Shown in pieces: positions 28,790 through 46,665 of a stretch of DNA of 64,000 nucleotides. The notes beneath the pieces are model-generated. The model saw only the letters and a list, made by a program, of their open reading frames with translations. It was not told the DNA's origin and made no database searches. The position numbers and the translations under genes are program-made. This stretch comes from the human T2T-CHM13v2.0 reference genome, Homo sapiens: NCBI GenBank assembly GCA_009914755.4, contig CP068257.2:9472001-9536000 (forward strand). Direction: 5' to 3'. Every line of letters starts with the position of its first letter. The first letter of the stretch is position 1.

Positions 28790-29003
28790 CCATATAGGTG
28801 GGGATCAATTCCAGGGGCACCTTCATGTACCAAAATCCACATATACTCAAGTTTCCCAGTTGGCCCTGTGGAACCTGTTTATAGGAAAAGGCAACCCTAC
28901 AGAAAACACCACATTTTTTATTGAGTTTGGTTGAAAAAAAAATGTGCATATAAGTGGACCTGTGTAGTGTACACATGTGTTCAAGGGTCAACTGTAGCTG
29001 AAA
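28790..29003. mobile_element. Terminal fragment of a Tigger2-like (TcMar-Tigger) DNA transposon, ending in its terminal inverted repeat.
   Basis: ...aaaaaatgtgcatataagtggacctgtgtagtgtacacatgtgttcaagggtcaactg parallels the Tigger2 end ...aatccacgtataagtggacccgcgcagttcaaacccgtgttgttcaagggtcaactg. Confidence 0.45.
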
Positions 29004-29654
29004 GCAAACCACATTTAGTTTGTACATATATTTGAGAGAGAATATTTGTGAAGTGTTTTATTTTAAAAAAAAAAGCTCACTAAAGAACTAAAAGAACCAA
29101 AAGCAAACCAAAATATAAAAAATAAACATTTTTCTAGCTCTGCAATTTAAGACATTTACTTTAAATTATTCAAATGTACCTAAATAGGAATCTAATTTAA
29201 TTTCAAGTTTATGCTATTTTTGAAGTAAGAAACATGCTGTGTCATTTATGAAACTAGAAATATATGATTGAAAAAGAGTCTACATAGTGAGAGAACTTGA
29301 CCATAATCTTTGAAAGTAAAATCAAACGAAAGCTTATGTAAAAAGTGTGATCATTAGGCTTTAATTTTTAAATATGATAATAAAATGAGATATTGAATAT
29401 TGCTAAAATTTTTAAATATGTTATGGTAACAGCATACATGGAATATTATACATTTATTCAAATTATGTTTTAAAAATAATGACATAAACATACTTCTTAT
29501 ACATTATGATTGAAATGCTGAGGTTTTATTTAATACATAACCAATAAAGCTAAGAAACCCTTAAAAATCAAGATGTACTCCTTAAATAAAATATTGAGTG
29601 AGTACTTATAAGGCAATAAGTTTTGTAAAATATGCTAAAAATTTTTAAAAATTC

Positions 29655-32329
<2,675 letters not shown>

Positions 32330-34830
32330 TACACCAGTACATCACCATGATAGACCCAAACTTTATACCAGGCACTACCGAAAGAGTAAAATTAGCACAA
32401 CAGTTAGCATAGACAACATGACAACTTTTGTATGGCCATAGTATAGTTTCAGATATTGTTCACATTCTCTGCAACAAAGGAAGTTAAGATACATTACAGA
32501 AAGGAGAATATGAAAGCAGTATTAGTAAAAGGGAATATCCCAACAATAGGAAAGCACCCCATTTGGATATTTACAAAAATTCTAAAAATTATCTTGTGAA
32601 AATGTGAAATCCATATTTTAAAGGTCTTTGAAACAGAGAAAAATAGACTAAAATTTTATTAATTAAAGTAAATGTTAACTCCAATAAATGAGGAGAATTA
32701 GAATGCATTAATGTGTTTTAAAATTATAAAACTAAAGTAATTTGGAAAAAAATGCGTATCGATAATACTCATTTAAGAAAACATGGTCACGATTTAGTCA
32801 AATCTCATCTTTTGTCCCTTGTTTTTGTTTTTAAAAGTTGTAATAATAATTGACATTTACTCAACATTTTCATATATTGAGTAAAACCATATACCAAACG
32901 AAAATTGCATCCTTTATATAAGTAGAGAAATTAGGCTTAAATAAATAACAAGTGAGAGGCCATGGTGCCAACCTAGTTTGTCATTTTTCTTTTGAAAATC
33001 CTAAGTTATTTGTTGTCAAAATTATCAATATTTTATATTTTGTTGCTCTTGCAAATAAAGCATTTCTAATTAAAGATCTTAGGGCTTCACATATCCTTCA
33101 GATAGCTGGTAAAATGCTGCTTTTTGCTAGAAGCCTTCTCCGCCCTTTCTATATAACAGCAACCTCTCTTCTCAGTTTCTTGTCATCTCCAGTACACCTT
33201 CTGGCTGCTTTTCTAATTTTATTTTTCCCAAGCACAACTTAGCACTTTACTGGAAGTCATCTGTTTTCTGCTTCACAAAGCAAGGACTTGTCTCCGTTGT
33301 GCCCAGCTCTAGCCTCAGGGCCTAGAAAAGTACTCAGCGTGTAATGTGCACCAAATACATATATATTGGATTAATATTTAAATGCGTATATACTTAGCTG
33401 TGAATAAATAGCATCAATATTTGTCTTTTAAATGTTAAAAATATAAAGTGTATAGCCTTCAAAAGTACACTGTACATAAACAATTTGAAGGTGATGAAGA
33501 GGACCCTGAAACAGGAATGGATTCCTAATTCCTAGCAGGGATTTAATGGCCATCACGGAGCAGCCAGATGTTATAAGATAAGGATATAAGATGTGAGAGG
33601 CATGGCAGGTAGGAATAGGGCTAACATATATTTTACTTAAAAGTTTTGAATTAGCTATATTGAAAAAAGTTTAACACATGTTACCACAGCAAACACTCTA
33701 AAAACTCTACTAAGAATTTTGGCTTAGACCAAGGCCAACATTGCTCTGGACATAAAATGGCCTTTTACACATGATGATGATCTTTTTAAAACCAAGTAAG
33801 TTAAGTACATTATTTAAAAGATTTTCATCCTGTTTTACCTGTTATTTCACTACTAAAGGATTTTTCTACTCTGAGTTTACTTTATCATTCTTTTTTCAGA
33901 ATTTTATCTGTGCTTATTTTAAATAAACATGAAAATTACTACCATTTAAGATAAATGTCCTTTTATCTTTCAATTATTTTTCCAGAGCAGTGCTTTAAGT
34001 ATTCATATAATTATGACAGTTTCTAAAATTTTACATATTTTATAACAGTTCATTCTGTATGAGTTTTCTTTTAATTTTTATAAGAAATACCTTGAGAGCA
34101 GTGATACATAATATATTATGCAAAACCTGAAAAAAATAGTGATTTCCAGCATCAAAGGTCATTTATTCTTCTGAGAGCCTAGTGACCTTTAAGTTAATTT
34201 CCTATTTTATGTATTTTTATAAATTACTTAGTATGTGGGTTATGTGTACAGAAAGCACACCACGTAACTTTAAATTGTTCTCAAATCATTTTGTAAGTCA
34301 TCAGATAAGTAGCTACTTAAGTAATCTATATATTTGTAATAAATATTTGTGTAGAAATAATAGAATGAGGAAGTCCTTTTTCATAACTTTGAATAAAACA
34401 CTATTTCTCCAGTTAAACTGGAGGGCAAATAAACCTTTTAAAAATATAACAGAAAGGTTTGATAAGAGCACAAAGTGTGTATTAAGTAAATGTTACAAAG
34501 GATAAATGGAAGTGAAGTACCTGGATTATCCTTACTGAGAATTCAACACCTATAAGTGAATTATAAGTGCAATCACAACTATCACAAACTTTGCTCCATC
34601 TCATTTTGGAATTGTAACAGCCTCAAGGGCATAATAACTTTCAAAAGACAGTCACTGAGTGCCAACTATATGCCAGCCCATATGCTAGGTATGGACTGCT
34701 ATGTTTTTTTCTTACTAATTAGAATCACTTAACTGCTTGAAAATGTGCATTGGTGGTAAACCTATTATCAGCCCTTACTCTATCTTTAAAATTTTAAGTT
34801 AAATTTTTGATTTAATGTAGAATCATTTTA

Positions 34831-34860
34831 TACACACACACACACACACACGCCACACAC
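34831..34860. repeat. (CA)n dinucleotide microsatellite, imperfect.
   Basis: acacacacacacacacacacgccacacacc read directly. Confidence 0.9.
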
Positions 34861-35013
34861 CAAAACATATAACTATTTTTCTTGAAATATCAAAATACCA
34901 CAAAAGCATTATGATTTTGTTTTCCTAAAATGTTTTAGTGTAAATGACAGTTAGATCTGTAGTCTGATTGCCTTAAAAAGTTGTTACATCTCTCTGAACT
35001 TGAATTATTATTA

Positions 35014-35290
35014 TTTTTTTTTGAGATGGAGTCTCGCTCTGTAGCCCAGGCTGGAATGCAGTAGCACGATCTCGGCTCACTGCCAGCTCCACTTCCCAGG
35101 TTCACGCCATCCTCCTGCCTCAGCCTCCTGAGTAGCTGGGACTACAGGCGCCCACCACCACGCCCGGCTAATTTTTTGTATTTTTAGTAGAGACAGGATT
35201 TCACCATGTTAGTCAGGATGGTCTCGATCTCCTGACCCGGTGATCTAACCCCCTTGGCCTCCCAAAGTGCTGGGATTACAGGTGTAAGCC
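35014..35290 (-). mobile_element. Alu SINE, 5'-truncated by ~20 bp, flanked by an imperfect ~13-bp target-site duplication.
   Basis: Poly-T, then gagatggagtctcgctctgtagcccaggctggaatgcagtagcacgatctcggctcactgcc...gctgggattacaggtgtaagcc. ctgaacttgaatt at 34994-35006 and ctgaacttgtatt at 35297-35309. Confidence 0.85.
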
Positions 35291-38200
35291 CAAACCCTGA
35301 ACTTGTATTTTTTAATCTGTAAAATGACATGATAATATAATATGCTGATCAAAGTTTGTTTGCACTCAGATCAATTTCCTCAGCAGTTTTCTTTTATTTT
35401 TTCACTGTAACAGAAATCTGCATTTCCCATGCTTCCTTGTCATCTAGTCTTTGGGTAGATTCAGGCAAGGGAAGGCAAAAGCCAAAGATTGAAGGGCAGG
35501 AAAAGGCAAGGAAAAGGGCCACTTCTGTTTTTGTTTGTTTGTTTTCTCTGCTTCTAATGACACCTACATCAGAGATCATATTTCTCCCTGGTCCCATTTC
35601 TCACCAGCAGTAATTCTACTGTGAAATGGCTCATTACTGGATCTCTGGAACTTTAGTTTCTCCCATTGACCTTACTATCATGAGGAAAGGATTAGTTCTC
35701 TGCTAGTGCTAATACTTTCATCACTATTCCTTGCTTTGTTTCTTAGTTATTTTCACCCTGATGTTACCTGCTCCACATAATAAAATCAGATTGTTTGTAA
35801 GTCCTAGACTAGTTTCTGCCTTGCTGGCTATATCCTCAATGAAGAGCAAATATTTACCTCATGGGAGAAATAGACGTAATGGATTTAGGAGTTTAGCAGT
35901 TTACAGGGCACAAATTAAATCTCAATAAATATTTACTCTGAGTAAAAAAGTACAAAATAGAAGTACAATTCTTTTTTATTGTCATTGATTTCAGAGCAAA
36001 ATGAATCAACAGTTGACAAATTAAGGATTAACTTATGCAAGATTATTCAACAAATATTTATTATTCATTTGCTCTATGCCAGAAATGTGTCTTCATGCCA
36101 GGTTAAGAAAAAGAGAAAACAGAAAAAAAAAATAGCTGTCCCTGACTAAAAGAGCTTATGTTCTTTCTTTTTGGGCGAGAAAGGCAGTGAAAAATTAAAA
36201 AATGAAACGCAGTATTAACATGCGGATAAGTTCTAGGGTGAAATTTGAATGCAGATCCAGAGTGACTGTCTGCCTCTCAAAAGAATTCTGCTGAGATGTC
36301 CAGAAGTAAGTAGAGTAGCAAGCAAATATCTACAGCGCATGTCTCTTTTAAAGACAGAAAAACAAAGTGGTTTCTAAGGTGGGTGAATCTTGGCATTTCC
36401 AAGAAATATCAGGAGGCTCTTAAGGATAGAATGACCAAAACAATGAGGGCTGTGATAAAATAAATTGGGGGAGGTATGGAGAAGGATCCCATATTGTTGC
36501 TTTCACAAACAATGACAAGGTTTTGGGTTTTACTTTGAGAAGGGGAACAATTAGAAAGCTATGAGCAAGACAGTGAAATTATTTGATTTATGTTTTATAA
36601 TTATTCTGACTCCTGGCTGAAAAACAGCCTCTAGGAATGAAAGTGAGAGAAATAGGGTCATCACTTATGAAGCTATTCCAATGATCCAGTGCTTTGGCAG
36701 TTGCCTGGACATGTCTAGTAAGAGGTAAAAGTAATCTGATACATCTTAAAGGCAGGTGTTCATGGATTTGATATGGCAAATGAAAGAAAGAAGCCACTAT
36801 GTGTTATATTCCTTGAGCCAAAATTGAGGTGTAAAATAAACATGCCCACATAAATGGTTGATTATGTTCTTAAATGAAGGAGAAAACAGTTGCAGTGATG
36901 TTAAGTCATCAACCATTTAAAATGTTGCTTTTGAAAGAGATGAATCAAGGAAGGGATGGACATGAATTTTCCTTACCTAAAAAGCTAGTGAAAATTAAGA
37001 GTGACATGAACAGGATTAAAACTTTATTTTATAGTGGTACTGAGATGAAACATCACACTATCTGACTTCATAGCTTAAAAATATAATCACCCCACCAACT
37101 TCTCACTCTTTTCAAGGATTTTGTGAGTAACCAGCTTTAATTTGGAAAACCTAGACTTCTACATACAGATTGTTATGTTTGTGAGTATGATTATTTCTAT
37201 CATTTTGTTTTACATTGTGCTTTATCATTCAATAATTAATATCTATCATTTTCCATTAACTAATTTATTTTATGACCATTTATTATTATTATTACCCTAT
37301 GGTAGTCAATAATTACTGATACATATTCCATTGTTTTTTGGGATTTGATATAGAATCAGAGAAGTTTGTTGCCAACTCCTTTTTAGTTGAATATGTATTG
37401 TTTTTGTCTTTAGTTTTTGTAAAACTTCAGATTTTCCATCTTGCCCCACTATTTATGGCTAAAAATCATATCCAAATATGACAAGGTTTAGGAACACATG
37501 CAGTTACTGAACACATGTTAAAGTATAATAACACAGAATACATTTTTGAAAGTAAGTTTATTAAAATTAACAATATATTTCTAGTTATATGCATAAGGAT
37601 ATACCAACATGGATTTTGCCTGCCCAATATTAATTTTCTCTTAATTTCTTTCTTACAGAACTTCAATTTGGTCATGAGTCTAAGCCCCAAATTATGTTTG
37701 CTGTCATGTACTCATGACAGCTCTTTTTCTTGATTTTTCTAGCCTTTATCCATTTGGAAATGTGAACCACCTTTTATAGGTGAGATACAATATAGCTGAA
37801 CCCTTCTCTAAAGGTTTCTGTAAAAAAGCATAAATGTACAAGCCTATCATCCTGATTCTATTTAGTTTGCCTTGAATATGAATGTGATAAATGAAGTAAG
37901 ATCTCACATCTTGCAACATGAAGTGGGAGAAGGGTCAACATAGAAGAAATGTCAGAAGAAATGAACCAATAGAAAATTCCTCATTTGCTAAATTTTGTTA
38001 AAAGAAAAAATAGATTTTAATATTAATCTGTTCTACACAGGCAAATGTTAACTGCAATGAAAATGTCTTTTAGATAATTCAGAACACTTTCCATCCTTGG
38101 TAAAAGTATTCATTTTACTGACTCACTATTATATATTTTGTTAAGTTAGAAACTCATATTCAATCAAAGGAAATAAAAGTTCCCCCTAATTTCTAGGAAT

Positions 38201-39419
38201 ATAAAAAATAGGTACACATAGCTTAGATAATATTTTCTATATTTGTCCAAGTAAATCAGTTTAGTAATTGTTTGAAATACTTCCAATTGATATGAGTCCA
38301 ATTTTAGAAGGAATTTTAGTTGGAAATGTTATTCTCTTTATGAAGATGTAAATGGCTCTGTTTACTGGCCAATATTTACATACACATACAGTCAATGAAT
38401 GTTAATTTGCACACAGTGGCATATGTAATTCAAAGTTCATTTTATTAGTTAATTTAGATATGGTTCAATGAGAGTTCAAACTGAGGGCATAGAGTCATAT
38501 AACATACTCTAGAAGAACAACTTCTCATGAAAACTAAAATAAATTGCTTTACCATGTTTGCCTTTGTATTTCACTTTTTCTGTTCTGAAGAATGAGCATG
38601 GTAAAATTTACATATATCTAACGCATATAATGGGCAATGTATGAATTATTTTACAAATTACTCATAACCAGAAGAGTTCTGTTGGATTTTACCATATGGC
38701 CAGATTCATCTTGCCTTTCAAACTTATGTAAGTAATTTTTCTGAATCTCTTTTTTTCCCATAACATACATGCTGCTGAGTCCACTCCTCCAAACTAAGTA
38801 AAGATAGGAATGCTCATGGCCAAATCATAAGTATAGAAAGTGACTTTTGAACTGATGAAGACTTTCTTCTTGTCTATGCTTTAGTCAGGCTTCTAGGAGC
38901 ACTCTTTTTGACTCTACTTTGTCCTTGGGCCCTGTCTTTACACTGCCTAGTCCAGCTGTTGCAAGAATGCTGCTAAGTCACTTTAGAGAGAATCTCCCAC
39001 TCTTGATATCTGATCACTCTGGCTTGCCGTCAGCAAGAATCCTCTTACGTTAGCTAACAAGAAATCCCCTACCCTTGATGTCTCCTCTTAGTAATTTGTA
39101 TTCATCGACAACCTTTCACTCTGCTCATTAGCTGCACTTCCCAGATATCTTTGCTGTGTTCAGAGTTGAACCTTATCTCTCTTCCTATTAGAATCATCTT
39201 GACACCTATCATTTTAATCTTAAATAAAGTGATCCTTAACCATTTTAACAAGTGTTGGAAATTTTTTTATTCAGCAGAACTAACAAATTGTTTGCAAACT
39301 ATTGAAATAGAACTATTCTATTATGGCCTGCAGATATTTTTCTCAATTATAATTCACTTTCATACTGTAAAAGTATCTTTGCTTTGTGTATATCTTTTTC
39401 ATACAAAAACTTTTAATTT

Positions 39420-39724
39420 GGCAGGGAACAGTGGCTCATGCCTGTAATCCCAGAACTTTCGGAGACCCAGACGAGCGGATCACCTAGGTCAGGAGTTGAG
39501 ACCAGCCTGGCCAACATGGCAAAACCCCATCTCTACTAAAACTACAAAAATTATCCAGGCATGGTTGTGGGCACCTGTATTCTCAGGTACTTGGGAGACT
39601 GAGGCAGCAGAATCGCTTGAACCCAGGAAGCAGAGGTTGCAGTGAGCCAAGATCAGGCTGCTGCACTCTGGCCTGAGTGATAGAGTGAGTGAGACTCTGT
39701 CTCAAAAAACAAAAAACAAAAAAA
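39420..39724 (+). mobile_element. Alu SINE, full length, with an A-rich tail.
   Basis: ggcagggaacagtggctcatgcctgtaatcccagaactttcggagacccagacgagcggatcacctaggtcaggagttgagaccagcctggccaacatggcaaaaccccatctctactaaaa...gagactctgtctcaaaaaacaaaaaacaaaaaaa. Confidence 0.9.
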
Positions 39725-42700
39725 CCTTTCGATTTATTTTCCAGAGGTCTATTTTTAATTTAGTAACAAGATTTTAAAAAATATTTATAAAATTAAATAA
39801 CAGTGGAATGTTAGAACTAGGCCCTATAAAATATAAAATTGTCAAAATTGGTTAGCATGATTGTAGCTTCAATCATGCTACAGATTGAATCAATCTGTAG
39901 TTAACTTCAATCAGAAGTTAATGTGGCAACTTCTGAAACCAAACATCATCATGCTTGGCATCAAGAGCTAAAGTAGTCATGAGTTAATGGAGAAGAACAA
40001 CTAAGGAATTGGCTGCCAAAGTAAAGTTTATGCTAAATTTAAATGAAATGAAATAACAAAGTAGTTTGAAATGAACATTCCATTGATTATTTTTAAAATT
40101 TTATTTATTAACAAAGTAGCTTATACTAACTGCCCACTGTCTATCCCAATAGTTACAGCAATAACATATAGTTAACATTTGTAATTAAATATTTCATTTC
40201 ATACAAATAGTATTTTAAAATTCAGGTGTTGATTTTTAAGCCTTTGAATGTTTGGCTGTTTAAAATTTAAGTGCATATAAAAATTGTAGAAAAGGGTCAT
40301 TATTAATAAAATATTCAAAATATGGTAAATTATGCATGATGATTTACTATATGCAAATTGATAAGTGATGTGAATAGTACATTTGAATAGAGAAAATATG
40401 TACATAAATGAATGGTATTTCAGAATCTAAGCAAATTGATGACTATATTATGTACTTGTCCCCAGTGTAAAAGAAATATTAATTAGAAAACTTTTTTTTT
40501 CACTAAAGGGCTGAACATAAAGTGTGATGGCAAATTGGTGTGTTCTTGTATTTCTTGTCTTTAAGAATTCTTTTCAGTATATTTTCACTTAATGTCTTAG
40601 CAATATTTTTCATCATACTTTTACACTTATAGCTGGACTATGCTTAGTGATAGAAAATAGTTATATAATGGGATTATACTTGGCCATATGAATTTGATGG
40701 TATGAATTAATCTGTGTTTCATCTTACTTGTGTCTACTTGTAAGTCATTGATGCTAATGTTATTAGTAATTTTTATAGGGTAGAAATGTTTTCTATATGA
40801 CATTTTTGAGAAAAGGAAGTCAATAAATCCCATTTGATATGCAACAGAAATAAAGATCTCTTATTTCAATTTTAAAATGCTTTATAACTTACATTGCTTT
40901 GTTTTATGCATTATTTGTTTTGATCAGATGCAAAATGAGTCAGTAATGTCATCTAACCACAAGTTTGATACATTTTTTAAAGAAAAATTTCCAAAATACT
41001 ATAACTGAGCAATAGGCTAATACTTCATAAATTAAAATATTTAAATATTCAATCTTTCTGAGTGGATATTTGCTGCATATCTCATAACTTGGCCTAATTC
41101 TGTAATTGGGATGAGAACTACCCAATTTTATTGGTAACCTCTTTTCTGCTCTGCAACTTTGGAAATACTATGGAGGACTCCAAATTCATTTGAGACAAAA
41201 ATATTAAAAATGTAACCCCCGATTAGGATTTCAGTTCCAAAGCTCTCCTTGGAGGGATATAGAGCTGGAGAAAATCACATTTATTTTTTGTCTCCTTAAT
41301 ATTGATATATAAAATCAGGTTAAAATTAGTATCAAAATGGGAAGCCTGCATTGTAAACCGGCTGGAATAATACACTCTGCAATATGAAGGAAAAAGGAAA
41401 AATTTAGTTGATTTATTTACCTAGCTATAATTTTTTAAAGAATTTTAAGTTTCTAATAAATTTAACTATAAATTTTTAATTTTCTATCTTTCATTTAGTA
41501 CCATCTATATAAACTTTTCCAGGCTACTTCTCTGAATCACCTGGCAAAATCTTATAATTTACCACCTAATTGAATAAAACACACACACACAAAATAATCT
41601 ATTTTGAATAATAAACATTATTTGTAATTATATTGTTGAGATTGAGAGTAATCATCAGGTGTGGAAAAACAAGGAAATTTTAACAATTTAAAATGTAATA
41701 ATCTTTTTTGTATTATGTGTGCTTTATACTCAGAAGTGCATATGTTTTATAAAAGTATGTGAATTTATAAATGTGGTCAATATTAATATTAAATTGTATC
41801 TTTTAATAGTATCTTCAATTATCTTTTTTTTGCTGCTGGATTCCATTTAGAAAAAAAAATGTTCTATATAGCAGTGTTGCTTTCTTTTTCTTTTCTTTTT
41901 GCTTTTCTTTCTTTTTTCTACTGATAAAGTATTTACTTGATCTTGGGGAAGAGGTATATAATCAAGTGACCACATTTTTCTTTGTTACATATTATTCAAA
42001 ATTTATAATCAATCTTTCCAAATTGTAATCGGTCTGAAACCCATTTGCTTTACTCAAATTATTTAGTGACTGTAAAAGTTTCAGAAACATATGAAAGTTA
42101 CAAATTAGCTTTAAATGTGTCATGTTTAAAGCAGTTGTTTTAAAAGCTAAGTCATTATCCATTATTATGTAACTAGTATTCTAAATATCACATCTTTGCA
42201 TTGTTTGACTTTTAAGGCATATGAAATGTTTTGGGTCAGAGAAATCATTTGCTTCACATGCCTAAGAGACAGACTCTATGGGTACTGAGTCATGCTAATA
42301 GTGGCAAAACCTGACAAACAATAAGCATCATTTTCAAATATTTTAAACATTTCACATAAAAATTTACTTTTAGCATACATTGCAGCCATCAAGGAAGCCT
42401 AAAGTAAGGAAAACCTCAGTGAAATATGATGAAGTTAATAAAAAGAAATAGCCATCATTTTATTTGTTTAAATTGCCACTACCTCTCATATAATTATGTA
42501 CAATATATAACATAGGATAATTAAGTCAAACTGTGTACCTACAGATATGGAGAGCCTTTTGTTTTAGGAAAAAGTAAAATGTAAATTAACTGGTAAAGAT
42601 GAGCTTTTCAATCTATAAGGCATAGACACTTTTCCTTAGTGGATTTGAAAAGGTTGTTATAAATCTGAAAATAAGATAGTTTTTCTATAATAAATGGTAA

Positions 42701-43738
42701 AAAACACTTTCACATCTTAACCTTATCATAGTATCACAATGCTGGAATATTTATACTAGGAAATAAGTAAGCTAATTCAATTATAAATTTCAGTAGAGGA
42801 AAGGATGAAGGTTAAAAAACACTATCTATTCAAATCCTTAGTCATGAGGTTGAATTCATTGAATCAGAGTGTGAATATATATCTATATTTGAGACAGAAT
42901 GTGTATGTATGTGTGTGAGTGTGATTGTGTGTGTACAGTCATTAGATATTTGCCTCATGGACAGTGGAGGAAAACATTTGCTGAGCTGCTTTCCTACCTT
43001 AAAGATTTAGAACTGCACTGTTTTCAAGATATACTTTTTATATCTCAAATAATTTAATATGTTATGTTTAGTTGTTGATATAACAAGATATCTGAATACC
43101 CCATAATTGAAATTATACCTGGAAATAAATACTTGAAATACTTGCTTCAGTGACATTTGTGGAAGTATACATATTTAAGTTCAAATTATAGGTATATTGA
43201 ACAAAATGATATTGGATTCTTCACTGGGTGCATACTTCTGAAACTTGTAAATAATTTGAAATTAGTTTCCAAGAACAGAAAGACAAATATTAGATAGGAA
43301 ATACCAAATTCTTAAGATTCATACATATAAAAGTGAAATAAAAATCAAACTTAATCTTATCATGAATTTTCAACTGTGGCTTAATTTTAGAACTTGTTAT
43401 AAAAATAGAAATGCTATTAATTTAATTATATTTATTAAAATCTAAAAATAGGTGATTATAGCTAGGACATTGACAAGTGTAACTATACATGAGTAAATAT
43501 AACTGAGGATAGCAACACATGAAATATATCATAAAAATTGAATTATTCTATAAATAGTATTATGTCTGGATTACTTAGAACTTGATTCCACTTAGAATGT
43601 CCCTGCTTTTATTTATTTATTTATTTTTGTAAACAAAATGAGCAAGAGGTTATTACACTTCATTCACTGCGAAAAGGTAACACTACATCAAAGATAACTC
43701 ACATACTTGCAGAAATATGGAAGGTATTTCTTTCTTTT

Positions 43739-44040
43739 TTTTGTTAAGAAATAGGGTCTCACTATGTGGCCCAGGTTGTAGTGCAGTGACTATTCAAAGG
43801 GGTCATCCCACTACTGATAAGCAGAGGAGTTTTATTCTGCTCAATTTTTGAGTTGACCACTCCTTAGGAAACCTGGTGGTCCTCTGCTCCCTGGAAGCTA
43901 ACATATTGATGCCAAACTTAGTGCAGACACTTCATCAGCATAGTGCATACAACCCAGAACTCCTGGGCTCAAGTGTTCCTCCCGCCTCAGCATCCTGAGT
44001 AGCTGGGACAACAGGTGTGTGTCACCTGGCTGAAAGGTAT
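43739..44040 (-). mobile_element. Degenerate Alu-type (right-arm/FRAM-like) sequence split by a ~165-bp non-Alu segment.
   Basis: tttttttttgttaagaaatagggtctcactatgtggcccaggttgtagtgcagtgac, then unrelated sequence, then ...aactcctgggctcaagtgttcctcccgcctcagcatcctgagtagctgggacaacaggtgtgtgtcacctggc. Confidence 0.4.
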
Positions 44041-44268
44041 TTTTAAATACAAATGTTGTCCAGGAGTGACAGAAGCTGGAGAATTGCACTACTTGATGGA
44101 GGCTTTGTACAAGCTTTGAACAATAATAACAACAAAATTGAAACGCCAAAAGTGTTGTTTAATTAGCAGTTAACCACCAATAAAAGGAAGCCAGCCATTT
44201 CACACAGAGGATTTTGGTAATTGATTGTGTGATTCAAGGAAATAATATTATTAGGTGTGTATTAGTCC

Positions 44269-46665
44269 ATTATTGCATTGCTATAAAGAAATACCTGAGA
44301 TTGGGTAATTTATAAAGAAAAGAGGTCTAACTGACTCACAGTTCTGCATGCTGTACAGAAAGAATGTTGCATCTGCCGGGCATCTGGGGAGGCCTCATGA
44401 AATGTATAACCATGGTGGGAAAATGAAGAGGGAGCTGGTGCTTCATATAGCTGGGAGCAGGAAGAAAAGTGAGAGGTGGGGAGGTGCTACACCCTTTTAA
44501 CAACCAGATTTCCTAATAACTCACTCACTCACTATCATAAGAATAGCACCAAGGAAATGGTATTAAACCATTAAAAAGAAACCACTCCACAATCCAATAA
44601 CCTCCCATCAGGCCCCACCTCCAACACTGGGTATTACAATTTGACATGAGATTTGGTTGGGGACATAGATCCAAATCATATTATTTTGCCCTAGTCCCTC
44701 CCAAATTTTATGTCTTTCTCAGTTTGCAAAATATAATCATGCCTTCCCATCAGTCCCCCAAAGTCTTAACTCACTTCAGCATTAACTCAAACATCCAAAG
44801 TCTAAAGTCTTATCTGAGATGAGGCAAGCCCCTTCTGCCTAAGACCCTGTAAAATTAAAATAAAAAAAAACTCCCAAGATATAATGTATAATGGGGGTAC
44901 AGGGATTGGGTAAATACTCCCATTTCAAAAGGGAGAAATTGGCCAAAAGTAAGGGGCTACGGGCCCCATGCAAGTCTGAAACCCAGTAGGAAAGTTATTA
45001 AGTCTTAAAGCTTAACAATCTCCTTTGATGCCATCCAGGGCATACCACTGCAAGGATTGAGCTCCCAAAGCCTTGTGCTGCTCCACTCCTGTGACTTTGC
45101 AGGGTTCAGCTCCTACAGCTGCTCTCAAGGGCTGGTGTTGAGTGCTTGCACCAGTTCCAGGCACACGGTACAAGTGCTGGTGGATCTACCATTCTGGGGT
45201 CTGGAAGATAGTGTCCATCTTCTCATAGCTCCCCTAGATAGTTGTCCAGTAGGGACACTGTGTGGTGGCTCCAACCCCACCTTTCCCCTCTTCAGTGCCC
45301 TCATAGAGATTCTCCATCAGGGCTCTGACCCTGCAGCAGATTTCTGACTGTACATCTAGGTTTGTTCATACATTCTCTGAAATCTAGTCTCAACTCTTGT
45401 ACTCTGTGCACCCTCAGGCTTAATGCCACATGGAAGCCATCAAGACTTATGGCTTGAACCCTCTGGAGCAGCATCCTGAGCTGTACCTGGGCCACTTGGA
45501 GCCATGGCTAGAGCTGCAACAGATGAGATGCATGTAGTAGTGTCCCATTCTTCCTTCGTTGTCCTCTGAGCCTGTGATGGGAGGAGCTGCCACAAAGGTC
45601 TCTGAAATGCCCTGGAGGGTATCCCTCATTTTCTTGGCTATCAGCATTTGCCTTCCTTTTAGTTAAGCAAGTTTCTGCAGCTTGCTTGAATTTCTTTCCT
45701 GAAAATGGGCTTTTTGTTCTACCACATGGCCAGGCTGCAAATTTTTCAAGTTTCTACACTCTGCTTCCCTTCTAAATATAAGTTTCAGTTTGAGGTCATT
45801 TCTTTGCTCACACACATCAAAATAGTTTGTTAGAAGTAGTGAGATTACCTCCTGAATGCTTTGCTGCTTAGAAATTTTTTCCACCAGATACCCACCAGAA
45901 CTTGAGATACTCTCAAGTTCAAAATTCCACAGATCCCTAGGGCAGGCGCACAGTGCAGCCAACCTTTTTGCTAATGCCTAACTAAAGTGACCTTTGCTCC
46001 AGTTCCCATTAAGTTCCTTATCTCCATCTGAGACCTCCTCAGCCTGGACTTCATTGTGTGTCTCTATCAGTAGCTTGGTCACAACAATGTAACAAGACTC
46101 TAGTAAGTTCAAAACTTGCCCTCATCTTCCTGTCTTCTTCTGATCTCTCCAAACCCTTCCAATCTCTGCCCACTATCCAGTTTCAAAGCCACTTTCACAT
46201 TTTCCGGTATGTTTACAACAATATCATATTCCTCTACCAATTTTCTATATTAGTCCTTTCTTACATTGCTCTAAAGAAATACCTGAGACTGGGTAATTTA
46301 TAAAGAAAAGCAGTTTAATTGGCTCATGGTTCTGCACGTTATACAGAAAGCATGATGCATCTGCTGGGCTTCTGCAGGGGCCTCAGTAAGCTAACAATCA
46401 TGGCAGAAGGTGAAGGGGGAGCCAGCACTTCACATGGCTGGAAGCAGGAAGAAGAGTGAGAGGTGGGGAGGTGCTATACACTTTTAACAACCAGACTCAC
46501 AATAACTCACTCACTGTCACAAGAACAGCACCAAGGAGATGGTGCTAAACCATTTAAGAGAAACTGCCCGATGATCCAATTGCCTCCCAACAGGCCCCAC
46601 CTCCAACAGTGGGACTTACAGTTTGACATGAGATTTGGGTGGGGACACAGATCCAAATGATATCA
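44269..46665 (-). mobile_element. Full-length MaLR (MST/THE1-type, LTR ~415 bp) LTR retrotransposon: 3' LTR 44269-44682, internal 44683-46245, 5' LTR 46246-46665 (reverse complement). Flanked by a 5-bp target-site duplication. No intact ORF.
   Basis: The two LTRs begin tgtattagtccattattgcattgctataaagaaatacctgagattgggtaatttataaagaaaagagg and tatattagtcctttcttacattgctctaaagaaatacctgagactgggtaatttataaagaaaagcag, and end ...catgagatttggttggggacatagatccaaatcatat and ...catgagatttgggtggggacacagatccaaatgatatca. Flanks are aggtg (left) and atgtg (right). The internal region is collinear with 22563-24135. Confidence 0.75.
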